Assembly: GCF_009914755.1 (NCBI RefSeq)
Contig: NC_060937.1
Length of the DNA: 64,000 bases
Reading direction: 5' to 3' (one strand)
Source of the DNA: the human T2T-CHM13v2.0 reference genome, Homo sapiens
The position numbers were made by a program, and so were the translations under genes. Below are positions 33,396-47,100 of the stretch, in pieces; positions within the stretch are counted from its first letter, which is position 1, and every line of letters begins with the position of its first letter. The notes beneath the pieces were generated by a model, which was not told the DNA's origin, did no database searches, and saw nothing but the letters and a program-made list of their open reading frames with translations.

Positions 33396-34499
33396 ATATA
33401 GCTAAACTGAAAGGAAAATAAACTCTTACCTGTTCAAGTATTTTATAAGTATGGCAGATTAATTTCCTGATACTGATACACATATCCTCCCCAAACTTAC
33501 AAACATAAAGGATTAGAATTCCAAAATATTGTGTAATGTGTATTCATTCATCAGTTCATTATGAAACATTACTTATTCTACAACCACTAAGTATGAAGTA
33601 GATGTCTTGTTCTCCTTGACTCAAGGGTGAACAATGTAAATATGTACTTTAACCACATGGTACTGACAGTCCAGAAATATGGGCGGATATTTTTATAGTT
33701 TACTTTCAAGGGCTTAAAAATTAAATTTTAGATTATGTAAACTTATCATCACGAAAGAACAAATACGTTCCCAATCCAGTTTGCCTTGTAAATTCTGATT
33801 CATTCATTGAATTTCAACTTACACATTGATTTTTCCCTGATGTCTTCCTTGAGTATTCCAGATCCAGCTAGTTAGTCTTTCATTAATTCATTTCACCAAT
33901 AGATATTGAATAGCAACTATGTATCTTTCTAGGAACAGAAATATGACCATTTCCTTAACATGTTCTCAATGTAGTTACAATTTTACTATTGACTTTTTAA
34001 AATTTGGTGTTTCTACAATAATATATTCAGTAATTCTTAACCATTTCTTAAAGTATCTCTTTGCTTTTCTGATGACAGCTCTGCACACTCTCTCTGAAAT
34101 CGGTTTACAGGCTCATACACTCAGTATTTTGCACAAAATTTTACAGGGTTCATGGACTTCCTGAAATTCCATCATGGATCATCTACATCAGGTCAACCAT
34201 ACATGCAATGGAACCTTCCATCTTGGCAGGTACCCATAATTATTGCCTGCATTTGTTCATACATCTTCCCTTTTTGTTCTTTTTTATCTTCTTGTAGGCT
34301 CCTCTTGGGCAGTGGGCCTTTTTGTATTTACAGTGGCTAACAGAGTGACAGCACATATCAATATTTATTGAATGAAAGTGGATATGTGTAAAGACAGAAT
34401 TCAATAGGATCTCACATGGCTTTTATTCTAAAACCTGCTGCATGAAAGTTGCTTATGCCTACATAATTCAATCTCCTCTAGGAACAACTAACCACGTAG

Positions 34500-35580
34500 A
34501 GCATCAGTTAGGATTCTTCTGTTGAAAGCAATAGAAAAAAAGTCCTAAATAGACTTAAGTAAAGATCAATGTATTGACTCATGTAACTGAAGAGTCCCAT
34601 GGTAAGCTTTCTTTCAGACATAGCTGGATATGCAGGATTAAACAATGTCTTTTTTTTTTTTTTTTTGCCAGTGTTATTTTCCAACTCTCTGTTCTGTCTC
34701 CTGATGTGTTGGCTCTGCTTACATGTGGGTGCTTCATTCACATGGCAGGGTTGTGTCAGCCGCCACCATCCCACATGCTTCAAAATTTAAGACCATTAGA
34801 AATGACAGATTCTCTTCCAGGAGCTCCCACAAAAGTCCCGAGTTTCACTGTGGTTGGAAGGCTTAAGCCAAGTGCTTACTCTTGAACCAATCACTGTGGC
34901 TTAGGCTGCTTCATGTGATCCACACCCGGAGCTGAGATTGATCCACACCCTGGCTGAGTGTGCTGAATGCAAGAGTGGTTGACCTGCATGTGAAAATCTG
35001 AGGCCATCACCAGCATTGGGGGAATGGATGCAGAGCTCTCAATGAATGGCAAGCATCCATGTATCCTCCTTGTCATCTAAACCCCTTCGAAAGACACAGG
35101 TTTACATAAGCTGCCCTCTCCCCTCTACAAATACAGACAATCTCTGTAAAGTAGGTCTATTTATTGGCAAATAACAGAAAAGTTGCTTAAAACTAATTTC
35201 AGAAAAGAAAAATGATTATTTTGTGTTCTATTACCAAAACGTCCAGGAACGGAGCCGAGCTGGCTTTGTGTGTATTTATATTTAACTCAGTCTCTCTAAT
35301 TCCCTCAGCACTGTGCTGGCTTCGTTTTTAAGGTCCATGTTGTGGCTTCTGGAGATACAAGGTTGAACATAAGGTCCCTGTAATTGAGGTATCTTACTCC
35401 TACTGAATCCGGCTTGGTCCTAGAGTCCATCCTTGAACCAATCAGCATGACCAAGAGGATGGAACATGTTGAAGAGGTTAGTCTGGAGAATGTGTTTTAT
35501 TCAGAAATCCAGCAGTGAAGTTAGCTTTGCAGAAACTACATGGGTTGAGGAGACCCGGAATAAAAAGACGGGGTACTATA
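34500..35580. mobile_element. Ancient MLT1 (J/K/L-like) LTR fragments
   Basis: tattgactcatgtaactgaagagtcc and cttgaaccaatcactgtggc motifs, the latter occurring twice. Confidence 0.5.
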
Positions 35581-36949
35581 ATCACAAGGAGAAAGGGGAT
35601 AGTGAGAAGAAAAAAAGAGTATTTATTAAAATAATATAACCTACTTTTTCATCTTGGAGTCCCAACGTCTGCCTCCATGTCCAGGATCTCTGAATGATAT
35701 GCCATAACATTGGGTACAGATGCGACTTCTCACGGTCTGGCAACTGTAGATAAGTAACAAGCCTGACTACTCCCAAACATACCCAGCACAGCACTGTGGA
35801 ACACGAACGGCCATTTATCAAAAGCGGAGAAACTTCCACTTCCATTGTTGAAAGACAGGCTTCTTCCAGCTTGGAAAGCCAAATAAAATATAAAATATAT
35901 CTCTGTGGCAGCTGTGACACACCACGGTAAGTCCCACATTCCAAACTGCTCTTCAGGATCCTGTCAATTCAGAGCAACAGTGAAGAGGCTTTCTAGCTAA
36001 ACTGAAAGAAGCAACTGTGGGAGTGAGGGGAAGGGAAGTGACTCAGGTCCACCAAAAGGGAGAGACCACAGTAAATATCTCAGGCGTGTAGTCAGGAGCC
36101 TCAAACATTTACAGAGTAGAAGATGGAAAGAGAACTAGAAAAATGGCTGGCCTTTATAAGGTCTGAAGCCTAAATTTGAAGCAGATTGATCCCTGATTAG
36201 ATTGTGGTGCTCTGTGTCTACCCTAACTGGCTACCTGGTACAAACGAAAACCTCCCATGAGAAATATAACATCACTTAGATTTTAAAATTATCTCTATAG
36301 TGTTTCACATCATCATTTGGAATGTAATAAGCAAATGATCAAGTCTATCAAAAGACAGCATAACAGAATTTTTGGAGAAAAATCAAACAATAAAAACAAA
36401 TCTACAGAAGATCCAGAAATTGGGCATAAGATTTCAGATGCTTTTTAATTGGCGTGTTCAATATGATGAAAAGTTGTATCAGAGAAACCCTAAAATTGAA
36501 TCAACCATAAATTCTAGAACTAAAATGACAAAAGTAAAAGTAATAGATGCATGTATAAATATCTAGAGAAAATACAAAACAATAGTAAATAAATGTATTA
36601 CCAAGCTAGTATTTTTTCTGGTCATTTTCATAAGATATTGACCAAAGCCAAAACTCTTGCTCAGTTGTAATCTCTGAATTTGAAATCTGGCTGGTGAATG
36701 TCCATTTCTTTGCTCATAAGTATCTATGCTCAGGCCCATGAACTGGAGGCATTTAATTGAGCCCATACAACAGGGCAATATGAATCAATGGCATGAAGTA
36801 AAGAGGTATGGGTCTTCCTCTGACCCCCAGGCTCCATGCCAGCAGCATCCCAACAATGAAGGCAACTGATTCCCCATCTGGTAGAGATGGATAACAGGAG
36901 GTGCTAAGGATTGGCCTTGAGAAACAGGATTCTCTCAGGTTCTAAAATA

Positions 36950-36998
36950 TTAGGTTGGTGCAAAAGTAATTCTGGTTTTCACCATTACTTTCAATGGC
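36950..36998. mobile_element. MADE1 (mariner MITE) fragment
   Basis: ttaggttggtgcaaaagtaatt...ccattactttcaatggc. Confidence 0.8.
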
Positions 36999-38921
36999 TG
37001 GCTTTTCTTCTAGCCTTTTTCTTCTGCCTTTCCTTCTAGCCTGTATTTTCTCTACATTTAGCTTAGGACTGGGGATTTGCTTTTTCTAACCATGCAAATA
37101 TCCCAACTATTAGAGGTCTGATTCTTTTCCATCACAGGCTGAAAGCAGAGGCATCACTGTTGTCAGATGGGCTAGTTTCAACATCAGCTTGGCACATGTT
37201 TCTTCCTGTTGACTGTAAGATCCTGACTTTTTTCTACTATGTTTTTAATGCTTACCCTCCCAGGTGTATACCCTCCTAGATGTATATTTCTGGGACTCAA
37301 TATTCACAAGGTTGTGCTCAAGTGTCTACTGTACCTCCAAATCACAAGAATTCCCAACTTTCCGTCTTCGGATATTGCCTACCTCGAGAGATACCCCAAC
37401 TAATTTCATGATTTAGGCAGTCACTCTCATATTTTACATCGTCACTACTCTTACTTCAAAACCCTATTCTCAATTTAAAATTCAGTATCAATTGGGATTC
37501 TTTCACTCATGTAACTAAAGTTACTGGCTTCAGATTTGTGGGATTCAGGCCACTTTTTATTCTTATCACTTGGCTCTGCATTCTATTCCACTGGCTCTGT
37601 TCTCAGACTGACTCCTGATCACAGGTGCTTGAGCCTCATACTCTCTCAACTTCAGCCTCAGCCAAAGTTCCACTGTATTTCCTTGACTCTGATATGATGA
37701 AGTGCCCATTTCTAAACCATTTCTCTAATGGAGTAAAATTTGGAGAAAGAGTAAAATTTTCTCATTTACCAGGGCTGTCAACAAGTGATAATCATTGTGC
37801 TATAGCTAAAGCATAAGAAATGAATGAGCATGGCTCTGACAAATTAAAGTTGTGTGGTTCTCTACAAAGAAATGGAGAATGGAGGCTAGATTGTACAAAC
37901 AAGCCTATGCCTATTTCACCATATTTAGACTTTACTCTGCACACAAGAGAATGTCACTAAAGTAATTGGAAAAATTCTGAAATAACAATCGGATTTTGCA
38001 TTTTAGACATTTGATCTTAGTGGCAGTGTGAGAGAGGCTAGTTTGATAACATCACAGTCAGGGGTATTTGTAGGAGGACATTCTAGAAATCTGCTCCACA
38101 AACTTTCAGAATTATGCACACAGAAATGTCATTTCAGAATTTAGCTTTCAGTGTGTTATTAAAATATACTCTTTTCATGACTGAGGCACTAATTCTTCAG
38201 GCTGCAGGGAGCATTGGATACTTTCAGTATTCAGCTGAACTCCTACTTAGGAATTGCCATAACTCAAGGCGAACTTCCTTGCCCAAGGTTATACCCCATT
38301 AAATAACCAGTCAGTGTAAAGGAATGAAGGATTAGCCCCATTTCCTCAATTAGGGCAATTCTGATGGACTTGCCCAAGTCAAGAGCTCCTCATTGGATTG
38401 TCTGAGGCTTCTAACTACAGCACAATCCAGCTCCTTCCTCTGCCCAACCCTGCTTCTCTCATTTCCTGGAGGTTTTGTTTCAGGGTGCATTCCTCAATAA
38501 AACTTCTTCATACAAACTTCTCCCTTTGAGTCTATCTCCAGGGACTCTACGTAAGATAAGTGGCAACAAAAGTAGTCCAAGGAAAATAACACAAAATGGG
38601 ATTAGGATTTCTGACAAGATGGCTGGCAATGAGGACCCCATTGGTGGTAAGTGTTAAACTCTGCGGCGGTGCAATTTTAAAAATATTTACTGATGCAAAG
38701 TCTGAAGCTGTGGAAATAAATTCACTAACTGATGAAATAGCCAAGGCATTTGAGAAGTATGAGTGAAGCACTAAGCTATAAAGACCATGAAATCGGATGG
38801 CCAATGGAGCCAAAACCAAGGGTATTCTGAAACAGTGTGGAAGTCAGAGGCTCTCCAAGGCAGCCATAAAGAAACTTTATCCCCTGCAACCAAAAGGTGA
38901 AAAGACCTGCTGATGACACCT

Positions 38922-41543
38922 CTATTAGTCCATTCTTGCATTGCTATAAAGAACTACCTGAGATTGGGTAATTTTTTTTTTTTTTTTTTTGAGATGGAGT
39001 CTTGCACTGTTGCCCAGGCTGGAGTGCAGTGGCACAATGTCAGCTCACTGTAAGCTCCGCCTCCTGGGTTCACGCCATTCTCCTGCCTCAGCCTCCTGAG
39101 TAGCTGGGACTACAGGCACCTGCCACCACACCTGGCTAATTTTTTGTACTTTTAGTAGAGATGGGTTTTCACTGTGTTAGCCAGGATGGTCTCGATCTCC
39201 TGACCTCATGATCTGCCTGCCTCGGCCTCCCAAAGTGCTGGGATTACAGGCATGAGCCACTGCGCCCTGACAACTGGGTAATTTATAAAGAAAAAGGCTT
39301 AATTGACTTACAGTTCCATAGGCTGTATAGGAACCATGACTCGGGAGGCCTTAGGAAACTTACAATCATGGTGGAAGGCAAAGATTAAGCAGGCATATCT
39401 TACATGGCTGGAGAAAGAAGACAGAGAGGTGGGAGGTGCTGCACACTTTTAAACAACCAGATCTCATGAGAACTCACTATTATGAGAAGAGCAAGGGGGA
39501 AATCTGCTCCCATGATCCAATCACCTCTCACCAGGCCCCTCCTCCAACACTGGGGTTTACAATTCAACATGAGGTTTGGGACACAAATCCAAACCATATC
39601 ATTCTGCTCCTCCCAAATCTCATGTCCTTCTCACATTGCAAAATATAATGCTTCCTTCTCAACAGTCCCCCAAGTCTTAACTCATTTTAGTATTAACTCA
39701 AAAGTCCATAGTCCAAAGTCTCATCTGAAACAAGGCAAGTCCCTTCCACCTATAAACCTGTAAAGTCAAAAGCAATTTAGTTACTTCCAAGATACAATGG
39801 AGGTACAGGAACTGGGTAAATACACCTATTTGAAGAGGGAAATATCAGGCAAAACAAAGGGGCTACAGGCCTATGCAAGTCTGAAACACAGCAGGGCAGT
39901 CATTAAATCTGAAAGCTCCAAAATAATCTCCTTTGACTCCATGTCTCACATCCACACTGATGCGAGGAGTGGACTCCCAAGGCCTTAGGCATCTCTGTCC
40001 CCATGGCTCCACATGGTACAGCTGCTTTCATGGGCTGGCATTGAGTTCCTGTGGCTTTTCCAAATACATGGTGCAAGCTCTCAGTGGATCTACTATTGTG
40101 GGGTCTGGAGGATCTACCACTGTTGGGGCTGGAGCTTCTCACAGCTCCACTAGCAGTGCCCCAGAGGGGACTTTGTGTGGAGGCTCCAACCCCACATTTC
40201 GCATCTGCACTGCCCTAGAAGAAGTTCTGCATGAGGGCTATGCCCCTGAAGAAGACTTCTGCCTAGACATCCAGGTGTTTCCATACATCCTCTGAAATCT
40301 AGGCAGAGGCTCCCAAGCCTAACTCTTGCTCTCTGCACACTCACAGGCTTAACACCACATGGAAGCCACCAGGCTTATGGCTTGCACCTTCTGGAGCAGT
40401 GACCTGAGGAGTATCTGGGGCCCTTTTGCCACAGCTGGAGATGGAGTGGCTGGGACACAAAAAGCAGTGTCCTGAGATTTCACAGGGCAGTGGGGCCATG
40501 GGCCCAGCCCATGAAACCATTCTTTTCTCCTGGGCTTCCAGAACTGCCACAAAGTTCTCTGAAATGCCTTCAAGTCATTTTTCCCCTTTGTCTTGGCTAT
40601 TAGCATTCAGCTCCTCTTTGCTATGCAAATTTTTGCAGCCAGCTTGAATTTCTCCCTGGAAAATGGGTTATTCAGACCCATTTTTCAAACCTTTACACTC
40701 TGCTTCCCTTTTTGAATATAAGTTCCAGTTTCAGGTCATTTCTTTGCTGATGAATATAAGTATAGGGTGCTAGAAGCAGCCAGGCCACATCTTGAATGTT
40801 TTGCTGCTTAGAAATTTCTTCTACCAGATACCCTAAATCATTACTCTCAAGTTTAAAGTTCCACAGATCTCTAGGGCAGGGGCACAATGCCTCCACCCTC
40901 TTTTCTAATGCATAACAAAAGTGACATTTCTCCACTTCCCAATAAGTTCCTCATTTCTCCTGGACTTTATTGTTCATATCACTATCAGCATTTTGGTCAC
41001 AACAATTGAATAAGTCTCTAGGAAGTTCCAGGCTCCCTCATCTTCCTGTCTTCCTCTGAGTCTTTCAAACTGTTCCAACCTCTGCCCATTACCAAGTTCC
41101 AAAATCACTTCCTCATTTTCATGTATCTTTACAGCAGTACCCCATTCCTGATGCCAATTTTGTGTATTAGTCTATTCTCGAATTGCTATAAAGAACTACC
41201 TGAGACTGGATAATTTCTAAAAAGAGGTTTAATCAACTCACAGTTCTGCAGGCTCTGCAGGAAGCATGGCTGGGAGGCCTCAGGAAACTTACAATTGTGT
41301 CAGATGGTGAAGGGGAAAGCAGATACATCTTACATGGCCAGAAAAGGAGGAAGAGAGAGAAGAGGGAGGTGCTACATACTTGTAAACAACCAAATCTCAT
41401 AATAACTCACTCACTATCATGGGAACAGTAAGGGAGAAATCCACCTCCATGATCCAATCACCTCCCACCAGGCCTCTCCATCAACACTGAGGATTAGAAT
41501 TTGATATGAAATTTGGATGGAGACACAAATTCAAACCATATCC
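38922..41543 (-). mobile_element. Two-LTR MaLR element (MSTA/B LTR - internal - LTR)
   Basis: LTRs at 38922-39601 and 41163-41543, both tattagtc...aaaccatatc, flanking ~1.55 kb of MST/THE1 internal sequence. Confidence 0.9.
38972..39270 (-). mobile_element. Alu (AluY/Sc-like) inside MST LTR
   Basis: TSD tgggtaattt; diagnostic gtaagctccgcc and gttagccaggatggtctcgatc. Confidence 0.95.
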
Positions 41544-43054
41544 ATGCCCAAGTGTTAATTACAAAGTTAGAGAATCTCCAGAGAAGATTAAAATTTCAAC
41601 TCCAGCAGATCTGCTACACAAGTTGGAGGTCTGATGGACTCTGACACTTCGGATAAGAACATCTGGGTCAATGCACCAGAAATTCTGGACTCCGTAGATT
41701 CTTCCAAACCCTCTGCACTGAAGAATGTGTCCCTGTCTCTCCTTTAAAGGCTAGTGCTCCCCTTGCTTTATAATGGCACAGAAGCCTCTGCTTTGCAGAC
41801 TATAAATGTTTCCTTAGAGTCTATCTATATATACCTGCCTCTTTTGCTGACCACCAGCCCCAGAATTTGGAGTAAATCTAAGCATATTCTAATTGAGAAA
41901 TTGCCTGGCCTCCAAGGGGAGAATAACTAGAAAAGCTGTATTACCTCTGCGAAACTCTCAGGATCCAGGAGCTGAATCAAGAGGGGCAGAAAATAAAGTT
42001 GTGTAAGGGATAATTTATTAAGATGGGAAAACTCTCTTGGGGTACAAGGGTAACACCTTGGCATGATCTCCTGGAAAAGGTGCTAAGCTGCTACTAGTGT
42101 GGCTCTTGGAAGCTTGTAAGAAATGGTGGTTGGGTCTCAATGAAAGAAAAATGCAGACCCCCATGGGAGATGATGGAGGAAAGCTTACAGGCCCTGAGGA
42201 GTGGGCATGCTAGTGAATACAACACTTGAGGCCAGAACCCCAGCTGAGCATAACCCATGGGACATCCCAAAGGATGCTCTATTTACCAAATAAAGAGTGT
42301 GCTGTGTGTGGAGGGCAGCATTATCAAGACACTCAGTATGGCGGTCCTCCGTGGGAAAGGCTGTGATGGAATGCAGCTCACAAGTAGCAAAAGGAAGAAC
42401 AGAATCTCAAAGTAATAGAAGCTGCGTAGCACACACAAGTGAAAACATGCAACAGACAGAAAAATCTGGAGGTCAGAGAAAGGTCAGAATGGTGAAGAAA
42501 GGGAGTAGTAGGGGCTGTCCTGTATTCGGTGGTATTTTAATTTGGCATTAATTTTTGCAACTCCAAAAATTCCAATTCCACCATCTCCACAGTTTGGAGT
42601 AAATCTCAGCATATTCTAGAACTATACCTTTTAGCAAGACTTTTACATGTGAGCCAAAAGATATGTATAAAGATGTGTAAGATAACAGCGTATTTAATTG
42701 ATATAAAAAGTGAGGAAAACTCTAATTTTCCATTAACAGAAAACAATTAAATAATAGTTAATGATATTTTCTATGAAGTGTGGCTATTAAGTTAATGAGA
42801 GCCATGGAAACTGACATAGAAAGATTGTGAACACATATTCTTAAAGGGGTAAAAACCAATAACTGTCAACATAAATTGATCCAAATTAAAATTTTAAAAC
42901 CCTATATGTGCATCTCTTCTATGTATATTGGAAAGTTTAGAGAGGAAACTCACCAAACTATTCCCAGGACATGGCTCTGTACAGGTGAGTGAGTAGGATT
43001 ACGGAGATGAGGCAGTAGAGGGGAAAAATAATGTGATGAAGTAAATACCTGTTT

Positions 43055-43182
43055 TTCATTGTGCTAAAATACACATAACACAAAATTTACCATCCTAACT
43101 ATCTTTAAAGTTACACTTCAGTGGTATTAAACATACTGCCATTGCCATGCAACCATCATAATCATCCATCCCTAGAACTCCA
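43055..43182 (-). mobile_element. L1MB-like 3' fragment
   Basis: aaaatacacataacacaaaatttaccatc...tgcaaccatca. Confidence 0.6.
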
Positions 43183-43224
43183 GAGATGTCATATAAGGAA
43201 TCATAGGGATTATATTTCTTCTGC

Positions 43225-43526
43225 TTTTTTTTTTTTTTTTTTTTTTTTTTTTTGAGACAGGATCTCTGTCACCCAGGCTGGAGTGTGATAGCACAATCTT
43301 GGCTTACTGCAACCTTCACCTCCTGGGCTCAAGCAATCCTCCCACCTCAGCCTTCTGAGTAACTGGGACTATGCTATGCCTGGCAATATTTTAATTATTA
43401 TTTTTTGTAGAGATGAGGTTTTGCCATGTTGCCCAGTCTGGTCTCAAACTCCTGGGCTCAAGTGATCCTTCTGCCTCGGCCTCCCAAAGTGCTGGGATTA
43501 TGGAAGTGAGCCACTGCATCCAGCCT
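43225..43526 (-). mobile_element. Alu (AluJ-like)
   Basis: Long polyT followed by a reverse Alu. Confidence 0.9.
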
Positions 43527-43706
43527 CTTTTCTGTTCTTTATCTGTTTATCTTTTTTCCTGAGTTTTTAATCACTTAGGGTGTGTCACATATGACTTTTT
43601 GTAATTGCTTTAAAAAAAGTTATATGTAACAGTAACTTATGCTGTCTGTGAATGAATAATGAGAAAACACGTTTACAACAATAAGACAAGTCTTTATTTG
43701 AAAGTT

Positions 43707-44086
43707 TAAACTATCGCAAGAACAAAAAACCAAACACCGCATATTCTCACTCATAGGTGGAAATTGAACAATGAGATCACACGGACACAGGAAGGGGAAT
43801 ATCACACTCTGGGGACTGTGGTGGGGTGGGGGGAGGGGGGAGGGATAGCACTGGGAGATATACCTAATGCTAGATGACGAGTTAGTGGGTGCAGCGCACC
43901 AGCATGGCACATGTACACATATGTAACTAACCTGCACAATGTGTACATGTACCCTAAAACTTAAAGTATAAAAAAAAAAAAAGAAATGTGAAATCAGTTA
44001 AAAAAAAAAAAAAAGAAAAATAGCTTAATTGTCAAATAAAAATTGGACATATTTAAGATTAAAAAAAGAAAAGAAAAGAAAAGAAA
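43707..44086 (+). mobile_element. 5'-truncated young L1 (L1PA2-like) with extra 3' segments
   Basis: aaactatcgcaagaacaaaaaaccaaacaccgcatattctcactcatagg...gatgacGAGttagtggg (GAG, not the L1HS ACA)...aaaacttaaagtat(A)n. Confidence 0.92.
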
Positions 44087-44136
44087 GGCATCAGACTGTG
44101 AGGTGAAAGGAAGGCAGGAAAGAGACACAAGGGGCT

Positions 44137-47100
44137 CTTGTGGTATTTAATGGGGGTTCCCAGAGGTTGGGAATTCCCTTTCTTTCCATATTGCAGCATG
44201 GGCATGTAGGATTACATAAGCATACTTGCTATCTGTATATACATTTATTCTTTTTCCCTTTCCCATTTCTAAGGCTCAGGTAAGTGCCACTAGTTCTGCT
44301 AACTGGGCCCTGGTCCCTGGAGGAAGAGGCTTACTTTCAAGTACGGTTACATCACTAACTATGGCATAACCTGCCCTTCGTATCCCATTCTCCACATATG
44401 AATTTCCATCGGTATATAGGTTAATGTCAGGATTAGCTAAGGGAACTTCTAAGAGATCATCTTGGGCTGCATAAGTCTGGACTATAATTTGTTGGCAGTC
44501 ATGCTTGATTGGTTCCCCATCCTCTGGGAGAAAAGTGGCAGGGTTGAGGGCCATGCACATACGTATTTGAAGCACTGGTCCCTCAAGAAGTAGCGCCTGG
44601 TATCTAAGTAGGCAGTTGTCTGATAGCCATAAACTTCCTTTGGCACCTAGTATGACATTTACATCATTAGTAGTCCAGACAGTGAGATCCTTTCCTTGTA
44701 TTATTTTGATAGCCTCTGACACTAAAACGGCCACCACCACAACTACCCTTAAACAGTGAGGCCAGCCCTTTGCTACTACATCAATTTCCTTACTTAGGTA
44801 TGCCACTGGTTGTGGGGTTGTCCCACGAGTCTGAGTAAGGACTCCAAGAGCTATCCCTGCTCTCTCTGTAATGTATAAAGACAAGTTTTGTCCTGTGGGA
44901 AGGCTTAAAACTGGAGCTTGTACTAGGGCCTGCTTTAAGGTTTTGAAGGCTGTTTCTGCCCCTAGTTCCCATTCTACTAGATGAGTATTTGCCCTCTAGG
45001 TCTCCTTGATTAGAGTATAGAGGGGCCTGGCTATTTTGCTGTATCTGGGGATCCATAGTTGGCAAAAGCCAGTGATTCCAAGGAACTCTTGCAACTGTTT
45101 TAATGTCTTAGGGTGAGGATAAGCCAGTATAGGCTGTATTCATTCCTTGCTGAGGGTCCTGGTCCCTCTGGCTAAGATTAGGCCAAGATATTTGACCTGC
45201 ATTAGGCAAAGCTGGGCCTTCGATCTACATGCCTTGTACCCTTGATTAGCTAGAAAGTTCTAGAGATCTAGAGTAGCCTGCTGGCATGAGGCTTCCAAAC
45301 TGGTAGCCAAAAGTAAATCATCCACATACTGAAGAACCAAAGTGCCTGGACTTGAGAAGTGGCCTAGATCTTGGGCCACTGCCTGACCAAACAGGTGAGG
45401 GCTATCCCTAAACCCTTAGGGCAAGACCGTCCACACAAGTTGGGACATGTGGTCTGTGGGATCCTCAAAGGCAAAGAGAAACTGGGAGTCAGAGTGTATG
45501 GGAATACAGAAGAAGGCATCCTTGAGGTCCAGAACAATGAACCATCCTGCTTCCTCTGGTATTTGAGAGAGCAGGGTATAGCGGTTGGGTACAACTGGAT
45601 ATAGAGGAATTACTGCCTCATTGATGAGTCTAAGATCTTGCACTAGTCTCCACTGACCATTCAGTTTTTGTACTCCTAGAATTGGGGTGTTGCAGGGACT
45701 GCTGCATTTCCTTACTAAGGCTTGAGCTTTTAAATGTTTAAAAATATCGTGTAATCCTTTATGAGCTTCAGTCCTTAAGGGATATTGCTTTTGATAAGGA
45801 AAAGTGGTGGGATCTTTTAGTCTGATTTAGACCGGGCGGGCATTTTTTGCCTTTCCAAATTGTCCTTCCAATGCCCAGACTTCAGGGTTGATTCCCTCCT
45901 CAAGTAGGGGACAACAAAGGGGTAACTTGTTCCCCATATTCATGTAGATAATAGCTCCAGCTTTGGCTAATATATCCCTCCCTAATAAAGAGTGTGGGAC
46001 TTTCAGGCATAACAAGAAAGGCACATGAAAAGAGCAAAGTCTCCCAATTACAACTGAGGAGGTGGGAGAAATACCTGGTTACAGGCTGTCCCAGGATTCC
46101 TTGGATGGTAACGGACCTTGAAGACAGTCGTCTGGGACAGGAGATTAACACAGAGAAGGCTGCGCCAGTGTCCAGGAGGAAGTCAATTTCCTGGCCCTCA
46201 ATGGTTAAACATACCTGGGGCTCAGTGAGGGTGATGACATGAGCTGGCGCTTGCCCCGGGCACCCTCAGTCCTGTTGTTGGATCATCTGGTTGGGGGCTT
46301 CTGACCCAGGGAACCTTCGTCCTCTGGGGCAGTGTGCCTTCCAGTGATTGCCTCCGCATAGCAGACGTGGATGAGGGGGCAGCTTGTTTCTCGTTGGACA
46401 ATCTTTTTTAAAGCGTCCTTATAAACCACACTGATAACAAGCCCTACGGGGTGACTGGCCTGCGCCATTTTCTGTCCTCTCTGAACCAGCAAGGTTTGTT
46501 TGTCTGAGGGCCATGACTAAGGCTACAGCTTTTCTCTGATCTCGCTTTTCCTTTTGGGCCTGTTCCTCTTGTTCCCTATTATAGATCACCGAGGTTGCCA
46601 GGTTTAATAATGCCTCCAGATTTGGTTCAGGGCCTAGGGCTCGCCTTTAGAGCTTTCTCCTGATATCTGCAGCTGATTGGATAATAAACTTATCTTTTAG
46701 GATCAATTGACCCTCGAGTGCGTCAGGTGACAGGGGAGTATATTTTCTTAAGGCCTCCTGTAGCTGCTTGAGGAAGACAGAAGGATTTTCTTCCTTTCCC
46801 TGAGTTATGGTGGACATCACTGAATAATTCATGGGCTTTTTTCTAATTCTCCTTAGTCCTTCTAGAACACAGGTCAACAGATGTTTATTACTCCAGTCCC
46901 TATGATCTGAGTCAAGGTCCCAGTGGGGATCCATACTGGGGATTGCTTGCTGACTGGTAGGGAATTTGTCCCTTTCTTTGGCAGTCGTTCTATCACTTAC
47001 TTGGCTAAGATACCAGGTATCTCCAAACTCTTGGGCTGTAGGTAAAGCCACATTCTTTTCATTAAAGGCCAGGGTTTGATCTAACAATAGCATGACATCT

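Larger units (their letters stand above)
38190..42450 (+). mobile_element. Old ERVL-class element (LTR16-like LTR ~38190-38558 plus internal sequence) split by the MST insertion
   Basis: LTR-like end cctcaataaaacttc...ccagggactctacgtaagata followed by PBS-like agtggcaacaaaagtagtcc; a degenerate internal region resumes at ~41545. Confidence 0.5.
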
